Notes: generated from the sequence alone by a model not told the origin. A stretch of 64,000 nucleotides of DNA from Octopus vulgaris (GCA_951406725.2 OX597827.1:1984001-2048000); one strand, 5' to 3'. Shown: positions 25,235 through 39,602, numbered from the stretch's first letter. Numbers and translations are program-made.

Positions 25235-25539
25235 CCATACGCACTAACGTACACACGGACACATACACACACACGTATATACACGCGCAAAGACAGACAG
25301 ACAGATAGATAAACAGATGGCAGATACATATAAATAAATAAAGTCGTACGCACAGATGTAATGAAATAATGAAATAAAGACACGTTTTTGTGGTCGTTAA
25401 CCGAACGGCTTTAAAACAACAAAGAAAACGGCGACAAATAAATTGTTTATTTTTAACATCTAAATAAATATGTTTTCATGTATGTAAAATTAATTAGTCA
25501 TCTGTTGTTTGATGTCTGGTGTAAATGTTGGGGAAATAA

Positions 25540-25863
25540 TGAAGGAGAAGGAGGAGGAGAAGGAGGAGAAGAAGAAGAAGAAGGAGGAGGAGGAGGAGGA
25601 GGAGGAGAAGGAGAAGAAGAAGAAGAAGAAGGAGGAGGAGAAGAAGAAGAAGAAGAAGAACAAGAACAAGAAGAACAAGAAGAACAAGAAGAACAAGAAG
25701 AACAAGAAGGAGGAGGTGGAGGAGGAGGAGGAGAAGAAGAAGAAGAAGAACAAGAACAAGAAGAACAAGAAGAACAAGAAGAACAAGAAGAACAAGAAGG
25801 AGGAGGAGGAGAAGAAGAAGAAGAGGAAGAAAAAGAAGAGGAAGAAAAAAGAAGAGGAAGGAA

Positions 25864-25895
<32 letters not shown>

Positions 25896-25938
25896 AAAGA
25901 CAGAAAGAAAGGTAAGAAGGAAGGAAGGAAGAAAGGAA

Positions 25939-26008
<70 letters not shown>

Positions 26009-26420
26009 GAGGAAGGAAGGAAGATGAAACGAAATAATGGCGAATATAAAGACAGATACGAAGGAAGGAAGGAAGGAAGGAAGGAAGGAAGGAAAGAAGG
26101 AAGGAAGGAAGGAGGGAGGAAAGAGGGAGGAAATAGATGGATTGGTAGGAAGAGAGAAGAAAATTGTTGGAGAGAGAGAGAAAGGTAAGAGAGAAGAGAG
26201 AAAAAAAATAGAAGGAAGACAGAACTGGAGGGAGGACGAAAGAAGGAGCGGAAGGGAGAGAGAGAGAGAGAGAGAGAGAAGGAAGATAAAAAGGGAAAGA
26301 GAGCGCGAGGAAGAAAGAGAGAGAGAAAGAGAGAGAGGGGGAAATCAAAACATAGAGAGAGAGAGAGCAAAAGAGTGAGAGAGAAGGAGGAAGAGAGAGA
26401 GAAGGATAAGAAAGTGAAAT
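25540..26420. repeat. Long polypurine tract of (GAA)/(GGA)/(GAAA)/(GAAG)/(GA) repeats with an internal duplication
   Basis: Direct inspection; the (GAACAAGAA)n block occurs twice (~25631-25810). Confidence 0.9.
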
Positions 26421-26471
26421 AAGAATCTTGAAAACCAAAGATTTAACGATTATCTTCTCTCTGCTTGTGTA

Positions 26472-26503
<32 letters not shown>

Positions 26504-26908
26504 CTTGTGTGTGTGTGTGTGTGTGTGTGCTTGTGTATGTGTATGTGTTTGTGTATGTGTATGTGCTTGTGTATGTGTATGTGCTTGTGTATGTGTGTGT
26601 GCGTACACAATAGTCAAGCCGTCTCTCCTCAAATTGTGGCACCATCTAAGTTGCGTTGAATCAAGAGTCCAGATGGTCGAGAGTCCAGAGTATGGCCGTG
26701 TCTCTTATCCGCTTCTGTGGTCACCTAAGAAACCGGAGTCGAGAAAACAGTTCATGCTGAACGGTCATTCCCTATTGGTTGTCAAGGGTTTGCGCATGTG
26801 CACTGATGCCCATCCACCCCCAAACAAACGCGCATACATACACACGTACATACATGCATATATGCATACATACACAAATACACATATGTGTATTTATATG
26901 CAGACACC

Positions 26909-26979
<71 letters not shown>

Positions 26980-27010
26980 CCCCCTCCCTCTCTCTCTCAC
27001 TCTCTCTCTT

Positions 27011-27041
<31 letters not shown>

Positions 27042-27416
27042 TGACAAACATACATACATACATACATACATACATACATACATACGTACTTCTATTTAAT
27101 CCATACATATATATAGATACATGCATATATGCATATATGTACGCACGCACACATATGCACACACATCACCATGGTCTATTGTATGTGTGACTGCACGTGC
27201 GTATATGTGTGTGTGAGTGTGTGCACGTGTGTATATATGTGTGTGTGTGTGTGTGTGCGTGTGTGTGTTTGTGTTGATGTTTACGTGTATACAGATGTGT
27301 GTACGTATGTGTATGCGTGTATGTATGCACAGATTCAATGGAGTAAGTGTCTGTAGGTTATGAGTTAACTGCAGCCCGCAACTCGCAAAATGCTGTCCAT
27401 ACCTTTTCTATATGTA

Positions 27417-27589
27417 TGCGCAATAGTGGACATAATGAAAACTATTGCACATGCGCAATAGTGGACATACAGAAAACGAATGCACATGCGCAATAGTGGA
27501 CATACTGAAAACTATTGCACATGCGCAATAGTGGACAAACTGAAAACTATTGCACATGCGCAATAGTGGACATACTGAAAACGAATGCA
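27417..27589. repeat. 35-bp minisatellite, 5 copies
   Basis: Unit TGCGCAATAGTGGACATACTGAAAACTATTGCACA, with a variant ending ACGAATGCACA. Confidence 0.95.
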
Positions 27590-27828
27590 GGAAAGAACTA
27601 ATAAATGCAGCTCGGAATTCCATCAGTGAACAGGTGGCGGTCTCAAAGCGCCGAACATATTTTGGCAAATTAAATTTAAATGTTGAAGTGAATCTAATGG
27701 CTTTTGCGTGTTTTTTTCAAATGGCATTTAAACACATTCCACGCTGCAATTGTATATCTCCGTAATAACTAATAAATCAGAGTAACGAAATAAATACTGA
27801 TAAAATAATAATAATAATAATAATGATG

Positions 27829-27933
<105 letters not shown>

Positions 27934-28405
27934 CCCTGATGCAGTGCCAGGCAGTGGCTCTCATGGCTTCTGATCTTAACTGATTGGAAGTGTTATCATG
28001 TACATTGTTTTGTCTTGGTACAAAAGATGGGCTACAGCAAATATTCTGCTCAATACCACAGATTTGCTTGTCAGTTGTTTGACCTTCACCAGTTGAGCAT
28101 GTCCCTTAGTGGCTGACAATATGTGTATCTCTGAACACAAGCAGAAGTAGTGGGGGAGCATCATAGCCATGTGTTGAGAGGGATTCTTTGGGGTTTGGAT
28201 AATTCACCTTTGGAAAAATGGGTGTTTCGTTCAACATCCTAAAACAACCCTTATTCAGGGACCTTTTGAGCGGGATGAGTTACTCGACCAGAAGAAAATT
28301 CTAACTGGACCCCACCTGCAAGGTCATGTGCTGTTTATCTTGATATGAGATCACCGGTTGATTAAAAATCTGGTATATGCAATTATCTCTCTCTCTCTCT
28401 CTTTT

Positions 28406-28443
<38 letters not shown>

Positions 28444-28673
28444 ACTCATTATTTCACCTAGTCAAAAAACAAAGAAAAAAAACTGACGTGTACTTTTAGT
28501 TCTCAAAATTACCCAGAAATTAATGTACAGAACCCTCTCAAAGACGGTGGATAGGTAGCATCGTTACAGCAACGGTACAAATACCTTGTGACCCGGGTTC
28601 TAAAATTCTAAGTTTGAACTTCACCGAAGTCAACTGTTCCGTTATCCTTCCAAGATGAGTATAAAAAAATGTA

Positions 28674-29258
28674 CTAGCAGCATACCGTGGACGATTTAAT
28701 TGGCTAACACTATAGTGGTGATTGCCCAGAGGTCCCCTTTTAAGTTGGCAGGCAGTACAACATATTTTCGTAGCTGTGGCGAAAGAGACTGTGGGCGAAG
28801 TCGAAAGGCATGAAGACATTAGACATTCCACTTTGGTAGAGCCATTATATACTTTTACAAGTTTTATTTGAAAAGGAAAGTGAGGGTGCAAAGGAAGCTG
28901 TTCACGACCGAATTTATTTAAAGGGAAGTGAAAAATGCAAAATTGGCCAGAGTGGATGGCATCATCCTAAGTATAGACAAAAGTCTTAACAGAAACTCAC
29001 TCGTCGCTAGAAGGGGATTTAACTCCTGTTTGCAAACAATGGAGATTTCTCCGATTTGAAAATTGTTAAAAGTTTTGGTTGAAAATTTATTTTTACTGCT
29101 ATTCGCTGGTGCCTCTGGTAAAAATAAGTTGACGAAAATACAGCTAGAATCATGACGAATGTCCTCCTAAAATTGGAGCGATATGCGTGCTAATTTGTGG
29201 ACGTGCATAAATTACATTCCCTTACGTACACACACATTCTCCCTTTTATATATACAGA
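28674..29258 (-). mobile_element. Probable non-autonomous Helitron
   Basis: Minus strand starts A|TCTGTATATATAAAAG..TGTGTGTGT (5' TC) and ends CTGCTAG|T (3' CTAG), i.e. inserted between A and T with no TSD; subterminal hairpin is decayed. Confidence 0.55.
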
Positions 29259-29728
29259 TATACTGTGTACACTTTTGACTCCATTTTTTTCAGTAGTTTA
29301 TTCTACACAAATTCCTACAATGTTTGTGTCTTTCTAACGTCCCCTCATTCATCGCTCTGATGGCAAATAAAAGATATCACCACCACTACCATCCTCCTCC
29401 TCCTCCTCATCATCATCATCATCATCATCAAACTGGTTGTTGTTGTGATTAACGGCATCATATTGTAAGAATCTGCAGACCATTGGACAAAATGTCTTGC
29501 GGTATTTCTTACGGCTGTTTATGTTATGAGTTCAAATCCCCTTTCTTCCTCGGGTCAAATTTGCCTTTCATCCTTCTGGGGACGAAGATCCTTGAAATGA
29601 AGTACCATTCAAATTCTGATGTCGGAAATGGTGATTGTGATGACAACCATGATGATGATGATGATGATGACGACGACGATGACGACACTGATGAGGTGGA
29701 GAATGTGGTGACAGTGATGATGATAATA

Positions 29729-29765
<37 letters not shown>

Positions 29766-29893
29766 GATGACGATGAAGACGACGCGGACTATGATGATGA
29801 CGATGATGATGACGACGACGACGACGACAGCGATGAGGTGGAAAATGTGGGGATGATGATGATGACGATGATGACGATGATGATGATGATAGC

Positions 29894-29926
<33 letters not shown>

Positions 29927-29987
29927 GGTGGTGGTGGTGGTGGTGGTGGTGGCGGTGGCGGTGGTGGTGTTGATGAATGTGTTGTTG

Positions 29988-30019
<32 letters not shown>

Positions 30020-30310
30020 GGTGGTGGTGATGTTGTTGATGCTGAAGCTGACGGCAACGACAGTGACGACGTACTTGAAATATGGATTCCTGTTTTTATT
30101 TTTGCTTCATCAGTATTCCATTACCGTTGCTGTAATTAAAGCTAGTTTCGCCTTTGGGCTAAAAAGCCGCTACGGAAATATTGCATGATGTCTTCCCAAT
30201 GTACATGACTACACATACACACACACACGCATACATACGTACATACATACATACATACATACATACATACATACATACATACATAAATACATACATTTAT
30301 AGATACAATC

Positions 30311-30356
<46 letters not shown>

Positions 30357-31640
30357 TTATATATACATATATTTACACATATATACATACATATATGTAG
30401 ATGTACACATGTATATCTATGTGTATGAATACGTATATATTTATATGTAATATACGCATACATATATACATGCATATATGTCTGTGTGTGTGTATGTGTG
30501 TGTGTATGTGTGTATATACATATATATATAGAGAGAGAGATATAGATATATATCTGCGTATATGATTATATGTATATATATATATATATGTATAAACACA
30601 CGTAAGGTGGTAAGTAATGATGGCAGATATATTTTGGAGGTAGTGTGTGTGTGGGGGGGGGAATGGTGGCGGTGTTGCATGGTGAAGCTGCTGGCTGTCG
30701 TAGGGTGGCGGGGTGGCGTTGATGAAGTCAGTGCCGTCGCTGAAAATGGCGCCGCCGACGTCCGTGACGACATCAGCGACAGCGAAAATGGCGATGATGA
30801 TAATGAATATTGCCGCCGTTGTCGATGCTTTGGCGGTGGAGGCAGCGAGGGTGATGGTGATGTTGTTGTTGCTATTGTTGTTGTTGTTGTTTTTGTTGTT
30901 GTTGTTGTTCTTGTTGTTGTTGTTGTTTTTACTGTTATCTTCCCTTTTCAATTGCAGGAATTGAAGACATCTTCAAACAAATAAGGAAGATATAACTGTG
31001 TGAAGATAATTAAGACTGATGAAATTGTGCTACCGTGTTGTTATTGTTGTTATTGAAGTTGTTATTGTTGTTATTGTTTTTGCAATGTAATTTATTTTAC
31101 TTATGTTCTTCCATACGTTTCTATGTTATATATATATATATATGTATGTATATATAGTATTGCATTGTGTTACTGCATTATTATTTTTGTTGGTATTATT
31201 ATTATTGTTGCAATATTCACATTTTCTTATGTTTGTATATTGTGTATATTACGTTGTATTATTGTTGTTATTGAGGTTGTTACTGTTGTTGTTGCTATTA
31301 CAATGTTCTTATGTTTTTATATGCTTCTATGTTCTGGATATTATATTACTTTGTGCTGCTGAGTTATTGCTGTTGTTGTTATTGCTGTATTTATTTTTTC
31401 TTATGGCGTAATTATGTTTGTACGTTGTGTGTATTCTGTTGTACCGTGTTATTTTTAAGTTGTATTATTTTGATGTTACGTTTGTATTACTGTTGTGTGG
31501 TAATGTATGTTGTTGTGTCGCAGTTATGGAGTTATTGTGTGTTTATATGCTACGCACGTTGCTTTGCCTTTTTATGCTTTACAGAACATGTTATAAACAT
31601 TAATATGTTGCATTCTGTCACTGTTGTGTTGTATTACTTT

Positions 31641-31722
31641 CTATTCTAGGCACAAGGCTCGAAATGTTTTGTGGGGGGGGGGAGTCGATTAGATCGACCC
31701 CAGTGCGTAACGGGTACTTATT
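31641..31722 (-). mobile_element. SINE family B 3' fragment (tail type Y)
   Basis: CTAGGCACAAGGC..GTCGATTAGATCGACCCCAG matches 50790-50880. Confidence 0.75.
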
Positions 31723-31743
31723 TAATAATACCATCCCTATATT

Positions 31744-31775
<32 letters not shown>

Positions 31776-32270
31776 CATATATATATATAATGTATTACAT
31801 ATTTTTATGGAGATATTGTGTGTTTATATTGTGATCGTGCATTAATGCATTGTTATATTTTGTGGCAGTGTTGTGTTGTATTTCAAATCTTAATATTGAT
31901 AGAAGCGTCGTGTCGTGTTGTGTTATGTTTGCTTGTTATAAAACAAACCAAGCGCTGCACAAATATCACTTGCTTTTCAGCAGTTCTCTTGACATCTCTA
32001 TTACGCGTTGTACACAACGGGCTGGCAGTAACCGAAGAAGGCAAAACAATTAATGCAAATGACGTGACGGACACAAGGTTGGTTTCGACGTCACTGATTT
32101 GCTCTCTGAACATCTAATGCAAGAGGACGCAATCGTTGCCACATCTGTGCAAAAGATTGTCGGTCCTTAGCAGAACTGAAAAGTCGCATTCATATTGCTT
32201 CAGTGAACAATCAAGCGTTGGCATCGCTGAAAATCGAGTCACAGCCGCCATGTTTGTATTTTTTTTTGTT

Positions 32271-32666
32271 CTTTTATTCTTTTACTTGTTTCAGTTATTT
32301 GACTGCGGCCATGCTGGAGCACCGTCTTAACGCGTTTCAGTCGAAGAAATCGACCCTAAGACTTATTTTTTGTAAGCCTAGTTCTTGTTCTATCGGTCTT
32401 TTTTCCGAAACGCTAAGTTACGGGGACGTAAACACACCAGCATCGGTTGTCAAGCGATAGTGGGGTGGGAACAAATACAGACACACACACATAAACACAG
32501 ACACATATATACATATACGACAGGCTTCTTTCAGTTCCCATCTACCAAATCTACTCATAAGGCTTTGGTCGACCCGAGGCAATAGTAGAAGACATTGGCC
32601 CATGGTACCACGCAGTAGGACTGAACGTGGAACCATGTGCTTGGGAAGGAAGCTTCATACCTCACA
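32271..32666 (-). mobile_element. SINE family A
   Basis: Colinear reverse complement of the young family A copies. Confidence 0.92.
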
Positions 32667-32799
32667 TAAATAAATATTTGTTCATGTTATGTGAGTCGTA
32701 TAGTGTATCGATGTTTTTTTTTTTTTCATATTCACAGTAAATTTTTAAGTATAAAAATAAATGTATTTAGTTTACAAAACCCACCAAAAAACCCAAAAA

Positions 32800-32985
32800 C
32801 TTAAGCTGCACAAGTCCAGAGCCAATTCATTGCTTTTATTTCCAGCAGGACCAGCAGTGCCCGACCTTCGGCAGAACCTTCCCCAGCATGCATGGACCTG
32901 ATCGGCGCAGCCGGACGCACCGTGACCCATCTTCTCCCGTGTGGTATCCTGGTCGTTATCGACGACGACGGACAAACATTATTAT
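32800..32985 (+). pseudogene. RTE-clade LINE 3' end with decayed C2H2 knuckle
   Basis: CPTFGRTF..SRTH resembles the RTE terminal CPTCGRxF..SHxRTH; 3' UTR GGTCGTTATCGACGACGACGGACAAAC plus (ATT)n tail. Confidence 0.65.
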
Positions 32986-34483
32986 CTTGTGTAGCCTGAA
33001 TTGAGCTCAGTCCGGGAGGTTGTGACTGTGTTATTGAACCTGTGTATGTTGTCTATTGTGCTGCTGTCTTGTAATGTACGAAACATGTGATACGTAGTTG
33101 GATAGTGCCGTGTAATATACGTGTGGTTGACTAGTGTGTGTATATATTTCGCCGGTTTCATTATATTATTGTGTGGTTATATGCTGTTTATATGACTGTG
33201 TGGTTGTATTGTGTGAGCATGTACTTCGTTGGTGTCTTATTAATTTGTGTATATGTTGTCATTCGTGGTTATATTATTTCGTTTGTATGGTGTTGTGATA
33301 CATACTTTGTCGGTATTTTGCCAACACTGGAAATTAACATAGTTGTTAAAGCGCTAGCAAAACTATACCGCGTGGTGTTTGTTCCAACTAAAGTCGCTCA
33401 GAGTTCAGATTCATCCGATGTCGACTATGCCTTTCATCACTTCGGTGGTCGATAAAAAAAAAAGGTTTGAGGCTATTGGGCGCGGCTGTTTGGACGCTGA
33501 TAATTTGACACAGCTGACTGGGCACTCGGCTTGTTTTGGTGTCAGTGCGTTTTGGCACTGAAGGCAAACACACACACACACGTACGCGCGTGTGCCAATG
33601 TACCCTTAGGTATCTCTACGAATTAGCCTTCTTTCATTTATATTCTCTCCCTCTCTACTACAACTCCATGGAGTCTTTAGAAAACTTTACTGAGTAACTT
33701 TCTGTATATAATAATCAACAATAACTCCCTTAATTAAAACATGTGTATTATCTTTGGCATCGCTGTTCTATTATAGTTATTTGCATTATCTATTCGAAAC
33801 AAATAGCGTGGTCTATATGTCCACTCGGCATCCCTTAAACTGGGTTAATAAAGTATGCTAATAAGATTGAATAAATGGTCTCTGGGTAAATACCATCCAC
33901 GCATGCATCAAAGAAAAAGCAAGACTTCTCCTCGGCGCCACTAAAAGTAGTTAATATACGCTTTGTCTACGAAATGTCGCCATGATCATAGAAAATTTGT
34001 GATAAGAATTGCCACGAAACCATTCTCCATATTTTGTCATCTTTTTAAAATTCTAATTTATGGTAATATTTGCTCAAAAATTCTATATAAGTCCGGCCAC
34101 TCACTTTTTTAATGTCTACTCACTACATAACCGAACTTCCTACGTTTCCGATTGGCCTGTTTCATTTCAGTTTTGTTCAGCTGTACGTCAATGTTTGTTT
34201 TTATGCAATACGGTGCAGCCTGATGATTTGAGAGGCATTCTGTGGTGTTTTATAGTATCTTTTAAGATGTTGCACTTTATACATAACTGTCTGTAGAATG
34301 TTACAATGCAATAAGATTGCAATATGATATATTGAAATGATCGAAAAGATTGTAGAGATACTGTATAATCCATACGTTTGATTGTGCATGTATGTATGTG
34401 TATGTGTATGCATGTATGTATGTATGTATGCATGTATGTATGTGTGTATGTATGTATGTATGTATGTATTGCATGTATGTATA

Positions 34484-34878
34484 GGCGTAGAACTGGCTAT
34501 GGTACCGAGTTCAGTCCCATTGCGTAGCACCATGCGTGTCTTCTACTATAGCCTCGGGCCGACCAAAGCCTGGTGAGTGGATTTGGTAGATGAAAACTGA
34601 AAGAAGCCCGTCGTATATATGTATATATATGTGTGTGTGGGGGGGAGTGTGTGTGTGTATGTGTGTGCTTGAGTGTCTGTGTTTGTCTCCCCCAACGTCG
34701 CTTGACAACCGATGCTGGTGTGTTTACGTCCCCGTAACATAGCGGTTCGGAAAAAGAGAGCGATAGAATAAGTACTAGGCTTACATAAGAATAAGTCCTG
34801 AGGTTGATTTGCTCGACTAAAGGCGGTGCTCGAGAGTGGCCGCAGTCAAATGACTGAAATAAGTACAAGAGTACAAGA
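34484..34878 (+). mobile_element. SINE family A
   Basis: Colinear with family A; small deletion in the head. Confidence 0.92.
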
Positions 34879-34923
34879 TATATATATATATACATACATA
34901 TATATATAAAGGAGAGAACGAAA

Positions 34924-35128
<205 letters not shown>

Positions 35129-35467
35129 ACATTCGCACCGCACACATGTCTTCTTGTCTGTTTGTCTGTACGTATGCATGTGTGTACGTATAAAAAACAC
35201 GAGAGCATGCAGTTTGCGTATTTGCGAAGGAATGAGAGAAAGTTTGTGCTTGAAAAGGAAGAAATAACAGTGAACGGAGCGAAGTGTTTCTCTATATTTT
35301 CCCTTGCTCAATGACCGACCGCACTTAAGCTATACATATGTTTACATTGGAGCATGCGTAGACAAACGTAGTATGTAATGCGCGTATTACATGTGCGCCC
35401 GCATAGGAATATAAATATATATACGCGAGTTTCTACCCATTCATCCATCTGTCTATTCATTCATCCT

Positions 35468-35553
<86 letters not shown>

Positions 35554-35826
35554 AGCCTGTCAGCCTGTCTGTCGGTCTCATTTCGTCTTTCTCTTTCTCT
35601 CTCTTTCTCTCTCTCTCTCTTAATAATACAATTCATACAAACACACACACATACATACATACGTGCGTACGCATATTCATACATACGGTCATACATACGT
35701 ATATATATACAGGATGCAAACATACGTAGATACATGCGTTCATACATACACAGTACATACATACATGTTTGTTTCTGTGTCTTTTAATGGCACAGTACGT
35801 AGGGGTTTCACTCATACAATCTAATG

Positions 35827-36410
35827 CTGTGTTTCCCAACTTGTTCACTATTATTTAAATGAGCATTCCCACTGACCCCAGAATATTGATAGGTCTATAA
35901 GGCGGCGAGCTGGCAGCAACGTTAGCACGCTGGACGAAACGCTTCGCGGTATTTCGTCTACTGTTACGTTCTGAGTTCAAATTCCGCCGAGGTTGACTTT
36001 GCTTTTCATCCCTTCGGGGGTCGATAAATTATGTACCAGTGACGCACTGGTGTCGATATAATCGACTTAATCCGTTTGTCTGTCCTTGTTTGTTCCCTCT
36101 GCGTTTAGCCCCTTGTGGGTAGTAAAGAAATAGGTATTTCGTCTACCGTTATGTTCTGAGTTCAAATTCCGCCGAGGTCGACTTTGCCTTTCATCCCTTC
36201 GGGAGTCGATAAATTATGTACCAGTGACGCACTGGGGTCGATATAATCGACTTAATCCGTTTGTCTGTCCTTGTTTGTCCTCTCTATGTTTAGCCCCTTG
36301 TGGGCAATAAAGAAATAAGAATAGATCTGTCATCTTAACATGTTCACGGACCTCCAGTACTATATTTGCGGACCACCAGGGGTCCGCGGGCCACGAGTTG
36401 GGAACCACTA
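35827..36410. mobile_element. hAT-Charlie-like MITE with 8-bp TSD (contains a SINE B dimer)
   Basis: TIRs CTGTGTTTCCCAACT / AGTTGGGAACCACTA; TSD ATCTAATG (35819-35826) / GTCTAATG (36411-36418); subterminal hairpin GCGGACC..GGTCCGC. Confidence 0.85.
35899..36322 (+). mobile_element. SINE family B, one head plus two tandem body units
   Basis: 185-bp period (GGTATTTCGTCT at 35948 and 36133); flanks ATAGGTCT / ATAGATCT resemble a TSD. Confidence 0.92.
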
Positions 36411-36633
36411 GTCTAATGTATGCTTGTGTGTGTGTGTGTATGTGGGTGTATGTGCGTGTGCTGAGACTCAGGCAAAGAAAAAAAGAAGAAACGGAAAGAA
36501 AAATATGCATAATTGCGTGGGATCTGCATGTGATGTTCCGTCATGTAATGTGAATGATTGTAGATATGTGTATGTTGGCATGTATATGTACTTGAGTGTG
36601 TTTGAGGGAGAGAGAAGCAGGGTGATGTAGAGG

Positions 36634-36683
<50 letters not shown>

Positions 36684-37140
36684 TCGAAGGAAGGAAGGAG
36701 AAAGAGAGAGAGAAAAGGAGAAAACGGTAGATAAAGTGAAAGAATGATAAAGAGGGCGGTCGGGAGAGCATGTGTATGCAAATTTATGCAAATAAGCCGG
36801 TTAGAGTGCAGCAAGCAGCTGCTAATTGTGTGTTTGTTGTATATAAAGAAGAATATCCCTTTTGGCTGACTGTTAAGTAAAAGCACATCATTTACACACA
36901 CACATACACACACACACGTTCACATGCAGGAACACACGCTCTCTTATTCAGACACACACATGCACGCACACGTTTATACGTTTACGTTGTTTATGGAGGA
37001 CAGGAGACAAAGTACTCAATACGCGATGGGAGTGTGTTGCTGTATTCCTGTTTTTGTTTTTGCAGCTCACACTTCACGCGCGCCTGTTGGGTCACATGTG
37101 TGTTTGTGTATGTATGAATATGTGTGTGTGTATATATATA

Positions 37141-37181
<41 letters not shown>

Positions 37182-37603
37182 GCGTAAATGCTCAACGCAG
37201 GCGATGAATAATACAGTGTGTTCCATAAAAAGTGCAGCATTTAAACATGAATTGCATACGGAACGTCTACGGCTATTTGGGACACATCGAACACGTACGT
37301 CTCCGGAGGATACGTGTATGTATGTGTATCTCTATGTATCTGTATGTGTGCCTGTACGTGCGTGTGTGAGTGTGAGTGTTTGCGGGTTTGCGTGTGTGTG
37401 TTTGTGAGTGTGTGCGTGTGCGTTTTTGCGTGTGTGTGTGTGCGCGAGAGTTTGTGCGCATACATGTGTATGCACGTACGAGAAACCCATATATACATAC
37501 ATACACACACACACACACATATATGTGTATGTATATATATGCATATATATACATGTATATATGTGTGTGTGTATACTCACACACACACTCATATATAGTG
37601 TAT

Positions 37604-37803
37604 TAGTTTCAGTCATTTGACTGCGACCATGCTGGAGCACCGCCTTTAGTAGAGCAAATCGATCCCAGGACTTATTCTTTGAAAGCCTAGTCCTTATTGT
37701 ATCGGTCTTTTGTGACGAACCGCCAGATTAGGGTGACGTAAACACACCAGCATCGGTTGTCAAGCGATGTTGACGAGAGACAAACATAGACACACACACA
37801 CAC

Positions 37804-37902
<99 letters not shown>

Positions 37903-38050
37903 TATATACACGACGGGCTTCTTTCTGTTTGCGTCTACCAAATACACTCACAAAGCTTTGGTCGGCCCGGTGCTATAGTAAAAACACTTACCCAAGATGC
38001 CACGCAGGTGGGACTGAACCCGAAACCGTGTGATTGGTAAGCTAGCTACA
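37604..38050 (-). mobile_element. SINE family A with expanded internal microsatellite
   Basis: Colinear reverse complement of family A. Confidence 0.9.
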
Positions 38051-38495
38051 TATTTTACGAACGTGCACATACATATGTAAGTATATACATATATGTGTAT
38101 ATGTAATGTATAAATGTTATACATGTGAGTGTGTGTTTTAGTATGAGCGTGTAAATGACGAGAGAGAGAGAGAGGGGAGAGAGAGACAGAGAGAAAGAGA
38201 GAGAGAATGAACGCAAAACAAAATATAAGCGGCGATCTATGGAGATAAATGTGAGTTAGAAATGATAGTCACTTCTCCCTCAAATTATAGGTTATGTCGA
38301 TAACACATTGGGTAACTCAGTCCAAGACGTTGGTCAGGCTATATTGATCAAGGGTCGGCTCGATTAGGGCCTTTCTGTGGGCTGTACAATTAGCAATAGT
38401 AGCAGATGTGACTTGTGTTGTTTGATATGTCCAGCATCTCCCTTCTGGTTATCGTTGAGGTTAATGCACGCACACCCACACATACCCACCCACAC

Positions 38496-38538
<43 letters not shown>

Positions 38539-38904
38539 GAAAGAAATAAAGAAACACACACTACATACTTCGGATTCTACCCTGAGCAAAACCCATGCCT
38601 AATCGTTAGTAGCTGTTGTCGCCGTAGGTATCTTTTAAGGTAGATTTTGACCGATGCTGCAGTAAAGGGGCTCAAAAGGCCCATAGCCCTATAGCCCTAT
38701 GAAACCCTTAGGTAGGGAGCTATTTCGTTAAATTTCAATGTGAGTCAGCACCCACTTCTTCTTTACAGCCCCACCACCACCACACACGCACACAGCCTAT
38801 GATCACGTAGCTAAGAGGCTGCTGCCATCTAAGAGTTGAACTACTCACGACGAATCTCAATGGAACACTTATTCAAAGCCTCTGCTGCTTCGAGCCTCTA
38901 CATT

Positions 38905-39110
38905 ACATGCACACTCATCTGGTTAGAAATGGCAGCCGAACCTCTCTCAAAACACACTTCGCTATCGTAAAAACTGCAAGGACATGTGTGTGGACATGTG
39001 TGTGGCCCTAGTTTCCTCTACGAACAGTAAAAAGTTGAGACGGGCAAGAGTGGAACGTCTTACATGACAAGAATTAACATGGAACTTCACAACAACAACA
39101 ACAACAACAG
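38905..39110 (+). mobile_element. Repeat family E, diverged
   Basis: TAGAAATGGCAGCCGAACCTCTCTCAAA core and (CAA)n tail. Confidence 0.5.
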
Positions 39111-39351
39111 CAGCTGTTGTTGCTCTTCGTGTTGTTCAATCCTAGGTAAGGATTGATTAAGCAGACTTTTGGTCATTCCTGCTGGAACCAGTTTTTTGAT
39201 TGTTTATACGTTCTTGTTGCTGTTGTTGTTGTTGTTGACGATGTCGGTGTTGATGATGACGACAACGACGACGACGATGATGATCATGATAATGGTGATG
39301 ATGATGATAATAATGATGATGGTGGTGCTGGTGCTGCTGGTGCTGGTGGTT

Positions 39352-39397
<46 letters not shown>

Positions 39398-39398
39398 C

Positions 39399-39441
<43 letters not shown>

Positions 39442-39455
39442 GAGGTGGTGGTGGC

Positions 39456-39602
39456 AATACCAGAGGGCGCACACTCTCCTACCCTGATGTAATCTCCAGG
39501 GATACAGGCATCCAGCAACAGGACCTCCGTAATGCCATGATGGACCGTGAAGTCTGGCGTAGCATGGTAAATTCCATTGTCTCGACCACAGTCGAACAAT
39601 GA
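39456..39602 (+). pseudogene. RTE-clade LINE 3' end, 5'-truncated, inside (GAT)n
   Basis: Open frame NTRGRTLSYPDVISRDTGIQQQDLRNAMMDREVWRSMVNSIVSTTVEQ* (RGR..Y.D.I..D and M.DR..WR signature) directly followed by a (TGA)n tail. Confidence 0.85.

Noticed and set aside
25478-26645. Long ORFs (383, 290, 172 and 145 aa) with poly-E/K/L/S
   Set aside because: Stop-free translations of (GAA)/(GGA)/(GAAA)/(TG) repeats; no domain content
27417-27589. CRISPR-like appearance of palindromic 35-bp repeats
   Set aside because: Units are contiguous with no unique spacers, there are no cas genes, and the context is eukaryotic
32846-33020. GC-rich host exon after TTTCCAG
   Set aside because: Better explained as an RTE LINE 3' end (decayed zinc knuckle, 3' UTR and tail)
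33860-33910. Harbinger-like DGIYPE peptide on the minus strand
   Set aside because: A single short match with no other motifs or TIRs
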